Shown here: piece by piece, positions 53,682-64,000 of the stretch
Numbering within the stretch: the stretch's first letter is position 1
Layout: each line of letters opens with the position of its first letter
NCBI RefSeq assembly: GCF_000328665.1
Contig: NC_019977.1
Location: 1,116,001 to 1,180,000, forward strand
Reading direction: 5' to 3'
DNA: 64,000 nucleotides
DNA from: Methanomethylovorans hollandica DSM 15978
GTDB lineage: Archaea; Halobacteriota; Methanosarcinia; Methanosarcinales; Methanosarcinaceae
The notes under the pieces: generated by a model
What the model saw: the letters and a program-made list of their open reading frames with translations, nothing else
Told to the model about the DNA's origin: nothing
Databases searched by the model: none
Program-made: the position numbers and the translations under genes

Positions 53682-56594
53682 ATGCAAATAAGATCAAGTA
53701 GGTTAATTTGTTCTGTAATTGTAGTGCTGTTGCTGCTACTGACTTCAGGAGTCAGTTTAGCTGATGACATTAATGTAGAATTAGTAAGTCACTTTGGTGG
53801 TAGCATTAATGATGTTGCGATCCGGGGGGATTATGCATATCTCGGACAGGGACAGGATTTAGTTGTGCTGGATATTGCTGCTGTTGATAAACCATTCGAA
53901 GTAGGAAGAATAGTTACTCCATCAGTAGTGATCGATGTTACTGTCTTAGATAATTATGCCTATGTAGCCGATGGTAGTAGTGGTCTTCTAATTATAGATA
54001 TTACTAATCCTTCCTCACCAACAATTGTGGGCAGTTATGACACCACCGGTCATGCATATGGCATTGTTGTAGCAGGTAATTATGCCTACGTAGCTGATGG
54101 TAGCAACGGTCTTGCGATTGTGGATGTCACAAATCCTGCAGCACCTATTCCTAAAGGTAGTTATGACACTGGTAGTTATGCACATGGTGTTGCTGTAGCA
54201 GGTAATTATGTCTGCGTCGCCGATTCAGACAATGGCCTTGTTATCATGGATATCACTAATCCCACCGCACCAACACTCACGGGTAGTTATAATACAGCCG
54301 GTCATGCATATGGCATTGTTGTATCTGGCAATTATGCCTATGTAGCCGATGCCGAAGGCGGTCTTGTGCTTGTAGATATTAGTAATCCATCCTCACCAAC
54401 CCTTGCAGGCAGTTATGATACTAATGATTATGCAGAGGGTGTTGTTGTAGCAGGTAATTATGCCTATGTAGCCAACAGTGGCAGGGGTCTTGTGGTTTTG
54501 GATATCAGTAATCCATCATCATTAGCACTTGTGAGTACTTACTATACTTATGCACATGCTGTTGCGGTGTCCGGTAATTATACATATGTAGCCGCTGGTG
54601 ACAATGGTCTTCTTATTGTGGATATTATCAATCCTTCATCACCAGCACTGGCAGGAAATTATGGTACTGTTGGTAGTGCAGGAGCTGTTGATGTATCAGG
54701 TAATTATGCCTACTTAGCAAGCGGCGGTAGTGACTATGTTCTTTTAAGTATTGTGAATGTCACATCTACTTCCTCACCAACACTTACAGGCAGCTATAAT
54801 CTTTATGCTGATAATGGAATTGGTGTTACTGTCTCAGGCGATTATGCCTATATAGGCGTAGGTTTCCCTGGTCTTTCAATTTTGGATATCAGTGATCCGG
54901 CCTCACCGAGACATGTGAGTGATTATGGAGAATTTGGTCCTCTTAATTATACGGCAGTTGTTGTTGTATCAGATAATTATGCCTATATACCCAGGGAAAA
55001 TGGCCTTGAAATTTTGGATATTAGTGATCCTTCGTCACCAATATTTGTAGGCAGGTATGATACTGCTGGTAGTGTAGGAGCTGTTGATGTATCAGGCAAT
55101 TATGCTTACGTAGCCGACGAAAATGGTCTTTATATTGTGGATATCAAAGATAAATCCACACCAACTTTTGTAGGAAGCTATGATACTGCTGGTTATGTAT
55201 CAGGGGTTGCCGTCTCAGGTAATTATGCCTATGTAACTAGTACCGTTTATTTAGACGATGCTTACCAGAGCCATTTTGAAATTTTGGATATTACCAATCC
55301 TTCATCACCAACACTTGTAGGAAATTATGATACTACTGATTATGCACGGGTTGTTGATGTATCAGGTAATTATGCTTACGTAGCTGATGAAAACGGTCTT
55401 TATATTGTGGATATCAGTGATAACTCTGCACCAACTTTAGTAGGAAGTTATGATATTGCTGGTTATGTATCTGATGTTGCTGTCTCAGATAACTATACCT
55501 ACGTGGCCACTGGCGAGAATGGTCTTGTCATCCTGCGTGTAGACGGAGCACCTGTACTTGCAGCAATTGGCACTAAATCTGTCAATCTGAAAGAGCTACT
55601 TGCATTCACTGTTTCTGCAACAGGTTCTGATAATGATACTATAACCTACTCTGCGACAGGTCTGCCAAAGGATGCCACTTTTAATGTTGCTACGGCTGCA
55701 TTCAAGTGGACTCCCGATTATGGTGATGCTGGAGTATATAATGTCACCTTCACAGCAACTGCTAATGGCCGTAGTGACTCCGAAACCATAAATATAGTTG
55801 TGGGTAGCACTGCATTGCCTGATTCGGTAGGTGTGTATAACAATCAGGCCACCTGGGCTCTCTGGAGCAGGATTCACAATTCTGTCAATATAGTAGGATT
55901 CGGCTGGCCTGGTACTGAACCAATTGTAGGTGACTGGAATGGAGATGGGCTCACTGAGTTAGGTATCTACAACCGTGCCGGTAACAATTTCCTGCTCCAG
56001 AGCGAGTCTGTCTTTGATATAATCGGTCTTGGATGGAAGGGTGTCACTCCTGTCGTGGGAGACTGGAACGGAGATGGTGACGATGATGTGGGTGTCTATA
56101 ACAACGAAGGCACGTGGGCACTATGGAACACCAATGCTAACTCTGCAGACATCGTGGGCTTCGGCTGGCCGGGTACCGAGCCGATAGTAGGTGACTGGAA
56201 CGGCGATGGGGTTACTGAAGTGGGAATCTACAACAGAGGAGGTAATAACTTCCTGGTCCAGACAGATTCCGGATTCGAGGTCATTGGACTGGGATGGTCG
56301 GGTGTTACACCTGTAGTAGGTGACTGGAATGGTGATGGCGCTGACGAGGTTGGTGTGTATAACAATGAAGGTACTTGGGCTCTGTGGAACACCGACACCA
56401 ATTCCGTTGATATCGTGGGCTTCGGATGGCAAGGCACCAAACCGATGGTAGGTGACTGGGATGGAGATGAAGTTACTGAAGTGGGTATTTACAACACTGG
56501 GGGTAATAATTTCCTGATCCAGAATGATTCTGGCTTTGATATCATTGGCCTTGGATGGGCAGGTGTGACTCCAGTTGTGGGCAACTGGGGTTAA
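53682..56594 (+). CDS. Cell-surface protein: LVIVD beta-propeller repeats, Ig-like domain and C-terminal VVGDWNGDG repeats
   Basis: Signal peptide; many V.GNYAYVA..GL.IVDI repeats; six P.VGDW-type repeats. Confidence 0.9.
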   Translation: MQIRSSRLICSVIVVLLLLLTSGVSLADDINVELVSHFGGSINDVAIRGDYAYLGQGQDLVVLDIAAVDKPFEVGRIVTPSVVIDVTVLDNYAYVADGSSGLLIIDITNPSSPTIVGSYDTTGHAYGIVVAGNYAYVADGSNGLAIVDVTNPAAPIPKGSYDTGSYAHGVAVAGNYVCVADSDNGLVIMDITNPTAPTLTGSYNTAGHAYGIVVSGNYAYVADAEGGLVLVDISNPSSPTLAGSYDTNDYAEGVVVAGNYAYVANSGRGLVVLDISNPSSLALVSTYYTYAHAVAVSGNYTYVAAGDNGLLIVDIINPSSPALAGNYGTVGSAGAVDVSGNYAYLASGGSDYVLLSIVNVTSTSSPTLTGSYNLYADNGIGVTVSGDYAYIGVGFPGLSILDISDPASPRHVSDYGEFGPLNYTAVVVVSDNYAYIPRENGLEILDISDPSSPIFVGRYDTAGSVGAVDVSGNYAYVADENGLYIVDIKDKSTPTFVGSYDTAGYVSGVAVSGNYAYVTSTVYLDDAYQSHFEILDITNPSSPTLVGNYDTTDYARVVDVSGNYAYVADENGLYIVDISDNSAPTLVGSYDIAGYVSDVAVSDNYTYVATGENGLVILRVDGAPVLAAIGTKSVNLKELLAFTVSATGSDNDTITYSATGLPKDATFNVATAAFKWTPDYGDAGVYNVTFTATANGRSDSETINIVVGSTALPDSVGVYNNQATWALWSRIHNSVNIVGFGWPGTEPIVGDWNGDGLTELGIYNRAGNNFLLQSESVFDIIGLGWKGVTPVVGDWNGDGDDDVGVYNNEGTWALWNTNANSADIVGFGWPGTEPIVGDWNGDGVTEVGIYNRGGNNFLVQTDSGFEVIGLGWSGVTPVVGDWNGDGADEVGVYNNEGTWALWNTDTNSVDIVGFGWQGTKPMVGDWDGDEVTEVGIYNTGGNNFLIQNDSGFDIIGLGWAGVTPVVGNWG

Positions 56595-56744
56595 AACCTT
56601 GTCTTTTCCTCAAACACTGGCTTAAGCATATCAAAGTAAAGATCATCACATCTATCCAGTTTGATCGGTTAGTCCTGACAAGCTCTGGTTGGTATGGGTG
56701 TGCAAGGAGTGTGTCTTTGTAGGCATAGATATATTATATATTCC

Positions 56745-56911
56745 GCAGATGTCCTGGAATTTTGCTAATTATCTGAATTGCAGTTATTTGTCAAAAGTTA
56801 ATAATACTATTTAATATAATAATAACATATATTGTGCTAAATATTGGACTTGATTCGTATAAATTGCTGAAAAGAGAAAATGTCTGTTTTTTTTATGACA
56901 TCTGTGGAAAG
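56745..56911 (+). repeat. 167-bp direct repeat, copy 2
   Basis: Diverged, collinear copy of 53446-53612. Confidence 0.85.
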
Positions 56912-56968
56912 TGAGCTGTTATTCTTGTCTCACTGCTCTGAAGCGTAGTTCCAAAACTAACTATCTGT

Positions 56969-57117
56969 ATCAATATCAAGAAATCTGCACTCATTGACCA
57001 AAATCTAATAGGTCTCTGAGCACTGTAGGAGCTACGGTAATAGCCTGTGAGCTTGTGAACTACGGTTCAAGGGATGAAGCAGGAAGCAACTCGGTCTTTA
57101 GCCTAGTGGTAGTTCAC
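56969..57117 (+). mobile_element. Relic 3' end of an IS200/IS605 tnpB element (omega-RNA-like region)
   Basis: INIKKSALIDQNLIG and MKQEA resemble a TnpB tail; ends GTCTTTAGCC...GGTAGTTCAC. Confidence 0.6.
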
Positions 57118-57172
57118 GGTTTTGAATTGAAAAAGATAAGCATCCTGCGATTTTGCTCGCAGGAAATCTTTT

Positions 57173-57682
57173 TTAAGCAAATGGGTGCTCTGCTGAGTCC
57201 TTCTTTGCAAGTGCCTCATCAACTGTTGGAGTTCTATCGATAGCACGCTTTATTGCAAGCTTTGTTGCTTCGTAGTTGAACTTGTAGATCTTTTCCTTGT
57301 CCGTTGCATCCCATTCGATAAATACTGAAACAATGACAAGAAGATTCTCTGCTTCTTCTTTTGGAATAACGCTGTCAGCCACACTGTCCATTACAGCTTT
57401 TGCAATAGCTGCCTGTGCAGGTCCGAACATCAGGGAAGCCTGGGTTGCGTTCTTTATGGTTACCTTGTTCACCAGAAGTGTTGCTGGTTTTGGCATAACA
57501 TTTGGTTCGAGTACTGCAAGTAATGGGGAATGACCCCGTTGTGGGTTTGCAAGTGCGTTCATGAATGCGTTCTCAACTGCACTTCCCTTTGTACCGATAA
57601 CAAGATCGATGTGTGCAACTTCAGGTCCTTCTCCTACCAATGCTTCGCCAATAAGACTCTGTGTTATTTTTGTCATGTTCAT
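57173..57682 (-). CDS. fae: Formaldehyde-activating enzyme
   Basis: GEALVGEG.EVAHIDL.IG, LLAVL.PN..KP.T, MFGPAQAA.AKAV, NYEATKLAI motifs. Confidence 0.95.
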   Translation of the reverse strand: MNMTKITQSLIGEALVGEGPEVAHIDLVIGTKGSAVENAFMNALANPQRGHSPLLAVLEPNVMPKPATLLVNKVTIKNATQASLMFGPAQAAIAKAVMDSVADSVIPKEEAENLLVIVSVFIEWDATDKEKIYKFNYEATKLAIKRAIDRTPTVDEALAKKDSAEHPFA

Positions 57683-57859
57683 TTCTCCTTTTGGACTTTG
57701 TAGAATTACCCACATTGAATGCTCAAATTCAGATGGCTCGAACATCTATGTATTTTGGATTACATCTTAAATGTTCTCTACAATGCCGTCTTAAACACCC
57801 TAATTACTAATAGTAATTTAAATACTTAACCTAACCATTTAGTAATCAGGTGAGAATTC

Positions 57860-57976
57860 ATGGGAAAATTAGAACGCAGTCCAATAGATAACGCGATCAA
57901 AATAATAAGCAAGAAATGAACTCTTCACATTATAAGAGATACGTTCTGCGGAAGCAAACACTTTAATGATTTTTAA
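57860..57976 (+). pseudogene. HxlR-family transcription regulator fragment
   Basis: SPIDNAIKIISKK*TLHIIRDTFCGSKHFNDF*; TGA at the position of the conserved Trp; AGGTGA RBS. Confidence 0.7.
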
Positions 57977-58699
57977 AGCAGGGCATTTGTGGCATATGAA
58001 CTTGAAAATGCAGAAGCCTATATGGCTGCTGCATTCCCTTGGAGAAATATAATTAAGCGTGAAACCCCTGAGTCTTTAGCGGGGAATGGTTTACATGAGT
58101 TACAGAGAAGCCCCAAGAGCCGTTTTCTTTTGTTCACTAAATTTAAGAGGTGGCAATGGTCATAAACCCCTGTATGCGGCCGGATTTACACCAAAACAGC
58201 AAATGAAGCTTAGAGGCAGTAACAGAAAGACTTAAATTATCAATCATTATAAATTATTCTCATGATTGTTTATTAAAATTTTATTTATATACCATAAGGC
58301 TGTTTTCGTGTTATGTTTGAAAAATACTGGTCTTTATTCCTTACAGCCGCTATTGGCCTTATCATCGTTGAGCATCCTTACCTGGGAATTAGATTATCTT
58401 TCATAGGCTTCGCTTTAGCGAGACATAAAGTAGATTATGTACATGTGGACACATTCTCCGTAGATGTACAAAAACACGAATCTCTTGAGAGTTATGCCAG
58501 CATCCAGTAAATTCTTTTTTTTCTAAAAGGTAATTAGTATCCAGGCATATTTCTGCTGGATACAATTCGCCTACAAGCCGCCTACAGGCGCACGGGAAAC
58601 ACTTGTTGGTAACCAAGACCCTCCTCGCAGGAGCATATCCAAAAATCGAGGCATGAAAAGGAATATGAACTTAAGAATATTAGTATAAGTGGAGGAATT

Positions 58700-58924
58700 A
58701 TGATGACTGCAGTAGAAGATACGGCATCTCATAAAAAGGCGTCCATACAGATAAGTAAAAATGGCCCTTATATCGTAAAAAATATAGACAATCTCATCAA
58801 TTCAGATGGTGTTTTTTTAACGACCTCTATCGTAATGGCTTTGTGCAGATGCGGCGGATCCGATAATAAACCTTTCTGTGATGGCACACATATTGCTATT
58901 AACTTTAAAGATGATGAGATCTAG
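58700..58924 (+). CDS. CDGSH iron-sulfur domain protein
   Basis: NGPYIV and ALCRCG.S.NKPFCDGTH motifs. Confidence 0.9.
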   Translation: MMTAVEDTASHKKASIQISKNGPYIVKNIDNLINSDGVFLTTSIVMALCRCGGSDNKPFCDGTHIAINFKDDEI

Positions 58925-59031
58925 CCTCGCCTGTCTTACACAAAAAGAAATAACCACACTTCCACAATCGCTATAGGTCTAAAAGAAGCACAAAAAGCAG
59001 TAACAACTTGTGACTATTAGAAGTATTTTGA

Positions 59032-59104
59032 TAGCCCGGCACGGATTCGAACCGAGGTTGCGGGATCCAGAGTCCTGCATGATTGACCACTACACTACCG
59101 GGCT
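59032..59104 (-). tRNA. tRNA-Gln(CTG)
   Basis: Cloverleaf AGCCCGG...CCGGGCTA, anticodon loop CT-CTG-GA, GGTTCGAATCC T-arm, A1-U72 pair. Confidence 0.95.
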
Positions 59105-59157
59105 ACGGTGAATGTATTCTATTAACTGCATATTTCGTATATTAATGTGTCGCTTTA

Positions 59158-59559
59158 TTACAAGCTGTCAGGATTTTCGTTCAGGACAGCTGTCCACCAC
59201 CACCTTGCCATATCCAGCAGATCTTTACTGAACTGGCCTGAAAGACGATATTCACGATTCCGGTTTGATATTAATCCTGCTCCAAGTAACTTATTGCGCA
59301 TGGAATAAAAAGAGCCACGATCAACTCCTAGCTGTTCCATGATCTCTTTCCACTCATTTGATCTCAGAGGATTACCACTCTTCTGGCGCTCTTCTATCAT
59401 CAGGAGGAATTTCTGTCCCCTCGTGGCAGTAGCTTCTTCCTGGAACAAGCGCCTCATAAGACTATAATATGGATCTCGTGAATGTGTGATCCTTGCATTA
59501 GAGTCAGACCTAAGCACAATTGTGGTCGATGTTCTTGGAGCATCTTTTACAATGGACAT
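59158..59559 (-). CDS. Conserved hypothetical winged-helix-like protein
   Basis: [29 protein letters not shown]-like segment. Confidence 0.75.
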   Translation of the reverse strand: MSIVKDAPRTSTTIVLRSDSNARITHSRDPYYSLMRRLFQEEATATRGQKFLLMIEERQKSGNPLRSNEWKEIMEQLGVDRGSFYSMRNKLLGAGLISNRNREYRLSGQFSKDLLDMARWWWTAVLNENPDSL

Positions 59560-59572
59560 TTATTGAGACATC

Positions 59573-59899
59573 TCAGATGCCAGTTACCTGGCCATTCTTT
59601 GATTCAAGTTCAGTGCGCAAGAGGTCTGCATATTCTTCCTTCAAAGAATATACTATCGGTGTTTTGTAAGATTCTTTATAAGATCTGAGTATGCCAAGTT
59701 TTGAATAGATATATCCTACCATTGAGGCAACAGCGCTTCTTGAAATCTCGAACTTCGAATTGATGCTCTGATGCAGTTCATCTACTGTGGTCTTTTGCAC
59801 CTGTAAGAACACAGATAGAATGTGGGTGCGCAAACCATTTACATCCAACTCGATAAAAGTCTGAAGTCTCCGTTTTATTTTGGATTTTATCGAATCCAT
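59573..59899 (-). CDS. DUF2551-like winged-helix protein
   Basis: VASMVGYIYSKLGIL and YSLKEEY motifs. Confidence 0.8.
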   Translation of the reverse strand: MDSIKSKIKRRLQTFIELDVNGLRTHILSVFLQVQKTTVDELHQSINSKFEISRSAVASMVGYIYSKLGILRSYKESYKTPIVYSLKEEYADLLRTELESKNGQVTGI

Positions 59900-60071
59900 A
59901 GTTTCACCTCTGCCTAAGCATTAAAAGTTATTATCCTTTAAAGTATAAAAAAGTTTGTAATAAAAGAGTGTGAGGTGCGTAAAAATGCGTCAAAGGTGCT
60001 TAGATAAGCGATAAATAACGATAAGGTTATCAATGAAGATTAAGATATCCATGGAATAATGTGATAGCCTA

Positions 60072-60581
60072 ATGCTCTTTAAATACGATTCTTCTAATAA
60101 TTTCCTGCAGGTGGATAACACTATAGTTCCATCGTATGACTTGACCAAAAACCCCATAGGTACATGTAGCTTCTGCGATGCTCAGATTATAAGCCAGAGC
60201 CATCATTACCTTGGAAATGATATAGCAGTTGTTGCCTGCTGTGAAAAATGCGGCGCTTCTTTTATCAATTTGTATGACAGGGAATGGAACTGGTTAAGTG
60301 AACAGCCCATCTCTCACTTTTTTTCCTATACGGAATCAAATATGCATGAAAAAGGCGAGTCTAATAAAGCAAGGATCTCGGACAGGTCCGTTTTAGAGGT
60401 ATATTACACGGATCTTTCAAAAGTGCCACTGAACAAGCTCAATACAATATTCTCTCCTTCGGAGATCGAAGCTATGTTTTCCAAATCCCTGGGGGAAAAA
60501 TATGTGAGGCAATACCTATACAGGGCTCGCAAGAAGTACAAAAAGTTCCAGGATGTATTTGGGATCACTTTAGATATCTAA
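60072..60581 (+). CDS. Hypothetical Zn-ribbon protein
   Basis: CSFC...CEKC; C-terminal YVRQYLYRARKKY. Confidence 0.75.
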   Translation: MLFKYDSSNNFLQVDNTIVPSYDLTKNPIGTCSFCDAQIISQSHHYLGNDIAVVACCEKCGASFINLYDREWNWLSEQPISHFFSYTESNMHEKGESNKARISDRSVLEVYYTDLSKVPLNKLNTIFSPSEIEAMFSKSLGEKYVRQYLYRARKKYKKFQDVFGITLDI

Positions 60582-61998
60582 CTCCAGTCTCACTTTTTGT
60601 TATCAGAGGATTAACAGTTTATAAAAAGAAACTGTTTAAATATTAACATAGCACTATGTTAAAAAAACAAACAATTACTAAAATAATTAACTGCCATTGT
60701 TTTTTTAGAAGTTTTGCTACAAATTTTGTTTTTATATGCTGTGACTAAAAATAGTTACACAATAAATTTAAACATGGTCTGCAGAATGTTAATTATTAAG
60801 TAATTTTAATTAGTTACAGTCTAGTTTTATTTATTAAACTTCAAGTTCAGCATTTTTTTAAAATAGTGGTGTATAAAATACAACTATTATTTATTTTTAT
60901 TATTCATACAGAACTTTGTATCCAATTAAAGTTTACAACTTAATAAAAATAATCAATGTATGTCCAGTTAACTGAGAGTAAAAAAGTAAGGTAAATAATA
61001 TAACAATAAAAACAATAGGTACTAAAATTATATCCATTTGAATGGTAGCCAGTAAAATGTTGTATGCAAAATCACTCTGTCTATCATGTTCATCAACAGA
61101 AAATATATAGCCTGATTCATTCATATAGTATATATGATCAACTGTTTTGGCTTGCAAAATTGGCACTTTTTGTGAACACGACAATTACATATACTATATG
61201 AATATGGGTTTTCTCAACTGCAACCCCCCCATTTACTGCATGATTTAGTACAAGATCCGCATAGATTACTATTTTTGCAAGTTATTCATAATGTCAATAG
61301 GAATAAGATCGCTTGACTACAATAATATATCTCCTTAAATACCAATTGCATGAATTGTAGTTTTTTAGCTATGTGTATTTTAGCCCATTTAGCTCAAAAG
61401 GGGTAGACTAAACAGGTCGAAAAGTATATTATACACATAGCTAAATAAAAATAGCTTTAGCATTTTTAATTTTTTATTGAAAATAACGAGCAAAAATAAT
61501 ATAACTATCTCCATTGAGGGTCTGGTATCAGCACTCAGAAAAAAAAATATTGAATCAAGCATATGTAATTTTTGCATTTATCTATATTGTAACTTATGAA
61601 TTAATATTATATGTGTACATAATTTCTTAATTTACGACTCTTACTACTTATCTAGTTTGATGTATATACTCATTAGTATGTTTTGTTACAAACATTTATT
61701 TTAAAGTAGATATTATATAATATACTTTTAGTTATTCTTTTTGCAAATTAGTTATTTTAAAGTAAATACTTTAAAATATATATTCTATGTATTCAACATG
61801 TTATATATTTAATAGATTATATATTTAATATATTATATATTATCCATGTTGTATATTTAATATCGTAAAAATAATTTCAAAATAGTTGAAACTTTACTCT
61901 TTTAAAATTTGCACAATAATAAAGACAGCGGAATAATTAATATCTGTGAATACATTGCAAGTTTAGATTTATTATTCAATTTTTAGGTATGAACATAC

Positions 61999-63141
61999 AT
62001 GAAAAAAGATCGATTCCTTGTATATGCCACGGTGTTCCTAATAATGGGATTATCCAACGCTGTTATACCAGTATTGCCCGAGCTGGCATCCAGGGACCAT
62101 ATGTCCCATAGTGCCTTAGCTTCTTCCTTACTGTTTTCTGCATATTTTATTGGTGCACTGGTTACGATGTTGCCTTTTGGCCTTCTTTCTGACAGGTATG
62201 GCAGAAAGAGACTTATTGTTTTCAGTATGTTTCTCACATCTATTTCAGGAATTATGTTGCTGGAACTACAAGACACTTATTGGCTCACTCTTGCAAGGCT
62301 TATAGAAGGTACTGCATGCGGAGCTTTTTTTCCTTCAGCACATTCGTTACTCTCAGAATACCGAGAGAAAAGCAGATTCTTTGGCGAATTTAATTTTCTG
62401 CTCAATGCCGGTTTGGCAGCAGGTGTTGTTATTTCGGGGTATGTCGCACAGGACTACATCAAAGGAGGTATCTTCCTGTTCACGGTAGCTTCGATCTTAT
62501 TACTATTCATAGGCATCCGGGAGCTATACCATGCAAAAAAAGTGAGAGATAACACAACCAGCAGCTCAGTCAATCTTCAAATACACTCTGTTTCCGAGAT
62601 AAGAGATCTATCTTTTAGAAAAAATTATCTTATGATCTGGTCAAGTTCATTTTTGCTTTTTGGAGTTACAGGAGTGGTACTTTCCCTATATCCGGATTAT
62701 AGTGCAGGCCTTTTGAACAAGGCGGAACTTGGTATGGCCCTTGCAGGGATGTACGCAAGTTCAATGATAACCACTCTTATTGCAGGAAGACTTCGGCTGC
62801 ATTATGGCATAATGATCCGAAGTGGGGTTATCCTTGCTGCACTGGGTACTATACTCGCAGTGTATTATCCGATATACGGTTTCATTCTGATAGGTATAGG
62901 ATCGGGCATAGGCCTGATAGGTCTTCCGGTTGCAGTATCTTATATGCAGAATGACAGGGGCCTTTTGATGGGCATATTCAACACATATACCTACGCCGGC
63001 ATGGGATTCATGCCTATCATCGCAGGTGCACTGGTACCAGAGATGGGCTTCAGAATGGTTTTTTTCTTTTGCAGCCTTGCCCTTTGTCTACCCCTGTTAA
63101 TGAAAAACAGAGTGGAAAGTGAGAGAAAAGTACAGATCTGA
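61999..63141 (+). CDS. MFS transporter
   Basis: GLLSDRYGRK motif A; about 12 TM helices. Confidence 0.92.
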   Translation: MKKDRFLVYATVFLIMGLSNAVIPVLPELASRDHMSHSALASSLLFSAYFIGALVTMLPFGLLSDRYGRKRLIVFSMFLTSISGIMLLELQDTYWLTLARLIEGTACGAFFPSAHSLLSEYREKSRFFGEFNFLLNAGLAAGVVISGYVAQDYIKGGIFLFTVASILLLFIGIRELYHAKKVRDNTTSSSVNLQIHSVSEIRDLSFRKNYLMIWSSSFLLFGVTGVVLSLYPDYSAGLLNKAELGMALAGMYASSMITTLIAGRLRLHYGIMIRSGVILAALGTILAVYYPIYGFILIGIGSGIGLIGLPVAVSYMQNDRGLLMGIFNTYTYAGMGFMPIIAGALVPEMGFRMVFFFCSLALCLPLLMKNRVESERKVQI

Positions 63142-63219
63142 TTTTATATCAGGCCCATCTCTTTTCTCGCCGTACATAAAATAGAAACTTTATTATATTA
63201 AACAGTTTATTAAAACTTC

Positions 63220-64000
63220 ATGGTCAACTCAATAACAGTACCGATCAATAAAAACAAAATTACATCCTGCTTTTTTTTGTTCGTACTTTCCATCTATTGT
63301 ATTTTGTCGGTGGTGCCTGCAACTGCATACACTGAGGTCATGGTCAATCCTGTTAATACTCCCTCAGGCCTGGTCATTGTGATCGTGGATGGATTAGGTT
63401 CACCATACATCTATCCAGAACATATACCACATTCCCTCGACGGTGAGTCTCTGGAAGTACCAGTTTTCTACAATATATCAATGTTAGGTGCGACAGGAAC
63501 TAAAGTATCGGCCGTCAGGGCACCACAAACATATACAGAGGCAGGTCATTCTGTACTTGTTACAGGTGATCCAAAAGCACTTTCGAATACTGTAAAACTA
63601 CCAATGTCCACAATATATGACATTGCCCGTGAATATAATTATCTGGCATTTGGAATTATGGAAAAAGGAGATTCTGCCAGTATGTGTGACGAACATGATG
63701 TAATAGTTCACGACTCTGCCAATTCCATGAAAGCCCCGGAAATGGTAGTAAAATCGTCACCAACTGCCTCATATAACACAGTTTGCATGGAAATTAAAGA
63801 GATCATGGAAGAGCAAGCCATGAAACTGCCTGCCCAGCTGCAGGAATCAAAACAGTCTTCCCAGGAAAGATATGACACATATGACAGATGGGCTTTGAGC
63901 ACAGCCGCACAGGTTGTTGAATGTATGGCTGAAGAGGCCCCTGATCAGAAATATATCCTGACAGTAAATGTCGGAGCTGTCGATGCTGCAGGCCATTACA
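63220..64000 (+). CDS. Alkaline-phosphatase/sulfatase-superfamily protein (3' end outside window)
   Basis: Signal peptide, VIVIVDGLG, T..GH..L.TG and VDAAGH motifs; frame runs to the window end, so it is absent from the ORF track. Confidence 0.75.
   Translation, partial: MVNSITVPINKNKITSCFFLFVLSIYCILSVVPATAYTEVMVNPVNTPSGLVIVIVDGLGSPYIYPEHIPHSLDGESLEVPVFYNISMLGATGTKVSAVRAPQTYTEAGHSVLVTGDPKALSNTVKLPMSTIYDIAREYNYLAFGIMEKGDSASMCDEHDVIVHDSANSMKAPEMVVKSSPTASYNTVCMEIKEIMEEQAMKLPAQLQESKQSSQERYDTYDRWALSTAAQVVECMAEEAPDQKYILTVNVGAVDAAGHY

Noticed and set aside
33856..56594. Diversity-generating retroelement using the RT and the repeats in the surface gene
   Set aside because: The RT motifs are group II-like and no avd-like gene is seen. 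Repeat differences in 53682-56594 look like ordinary codon divergence, not adenine-specific changes.
59032..59104. tRNA-Gln as a pseudogene or integration site
   Set aside because: Single mismatches in the anticodon and T stems are tolerable, and no duplicated 3' end or integrase is seen nearby.

Overview
Chromosomal window from a methanogenic archaeon. The gene content (Fae, aTrm56, AMP phosphorylase, sarcinarray/MAST protein, Methanosarcina-type CRISPR repeats) points to Methanosarcinaceae; this assignment is an inference. Housekeeping genes lie on both sides. Left flank: aconitase, citrate synthase, osmoprotectant ABC transporter, SOD, MoxR-vWA operon and pheA. Right flank: AMP phosphorylase, trm56, amino-acid ABC transporter, a surface protein, fae, tRNA-Gln and an MFS transporter. 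Between them is a ~20 kb defence island (about 27.2-46.9 kb). It contains two divergently oriented CRISPR arrays around cas6-cas1-cas2-cas4, and a stand-alone group II intron-like reverse transcriptase starting just after the last repeat of array 2. These are followed by a type III-C Cmr operon (cmr1-cmr6-cas10-cmr4-cmr5-cmr3) whose Cas10 lacks both the HD and GGDD motifs. The island ends with a SLOG-TIR gene carrying a premature stop, an IS256 element and an orphan gene with a wHTH-like start and two C-terminal TM helices. The most striking signals are a 310-bp spacer between two perfect repeats (antisense to an uninterrupted 103-codon frame), further oversized spacers of 66 and 52 bp, and spacers in both arrays that almost all look antisense to coding sequence. 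Smaller relics include a 98-bp IS256-derived MITE, a TnpB/omega-RNA-like end, pseudogenes and a 167-bp duplication. All domain calls come from reading motifs by eye; no searches were run.
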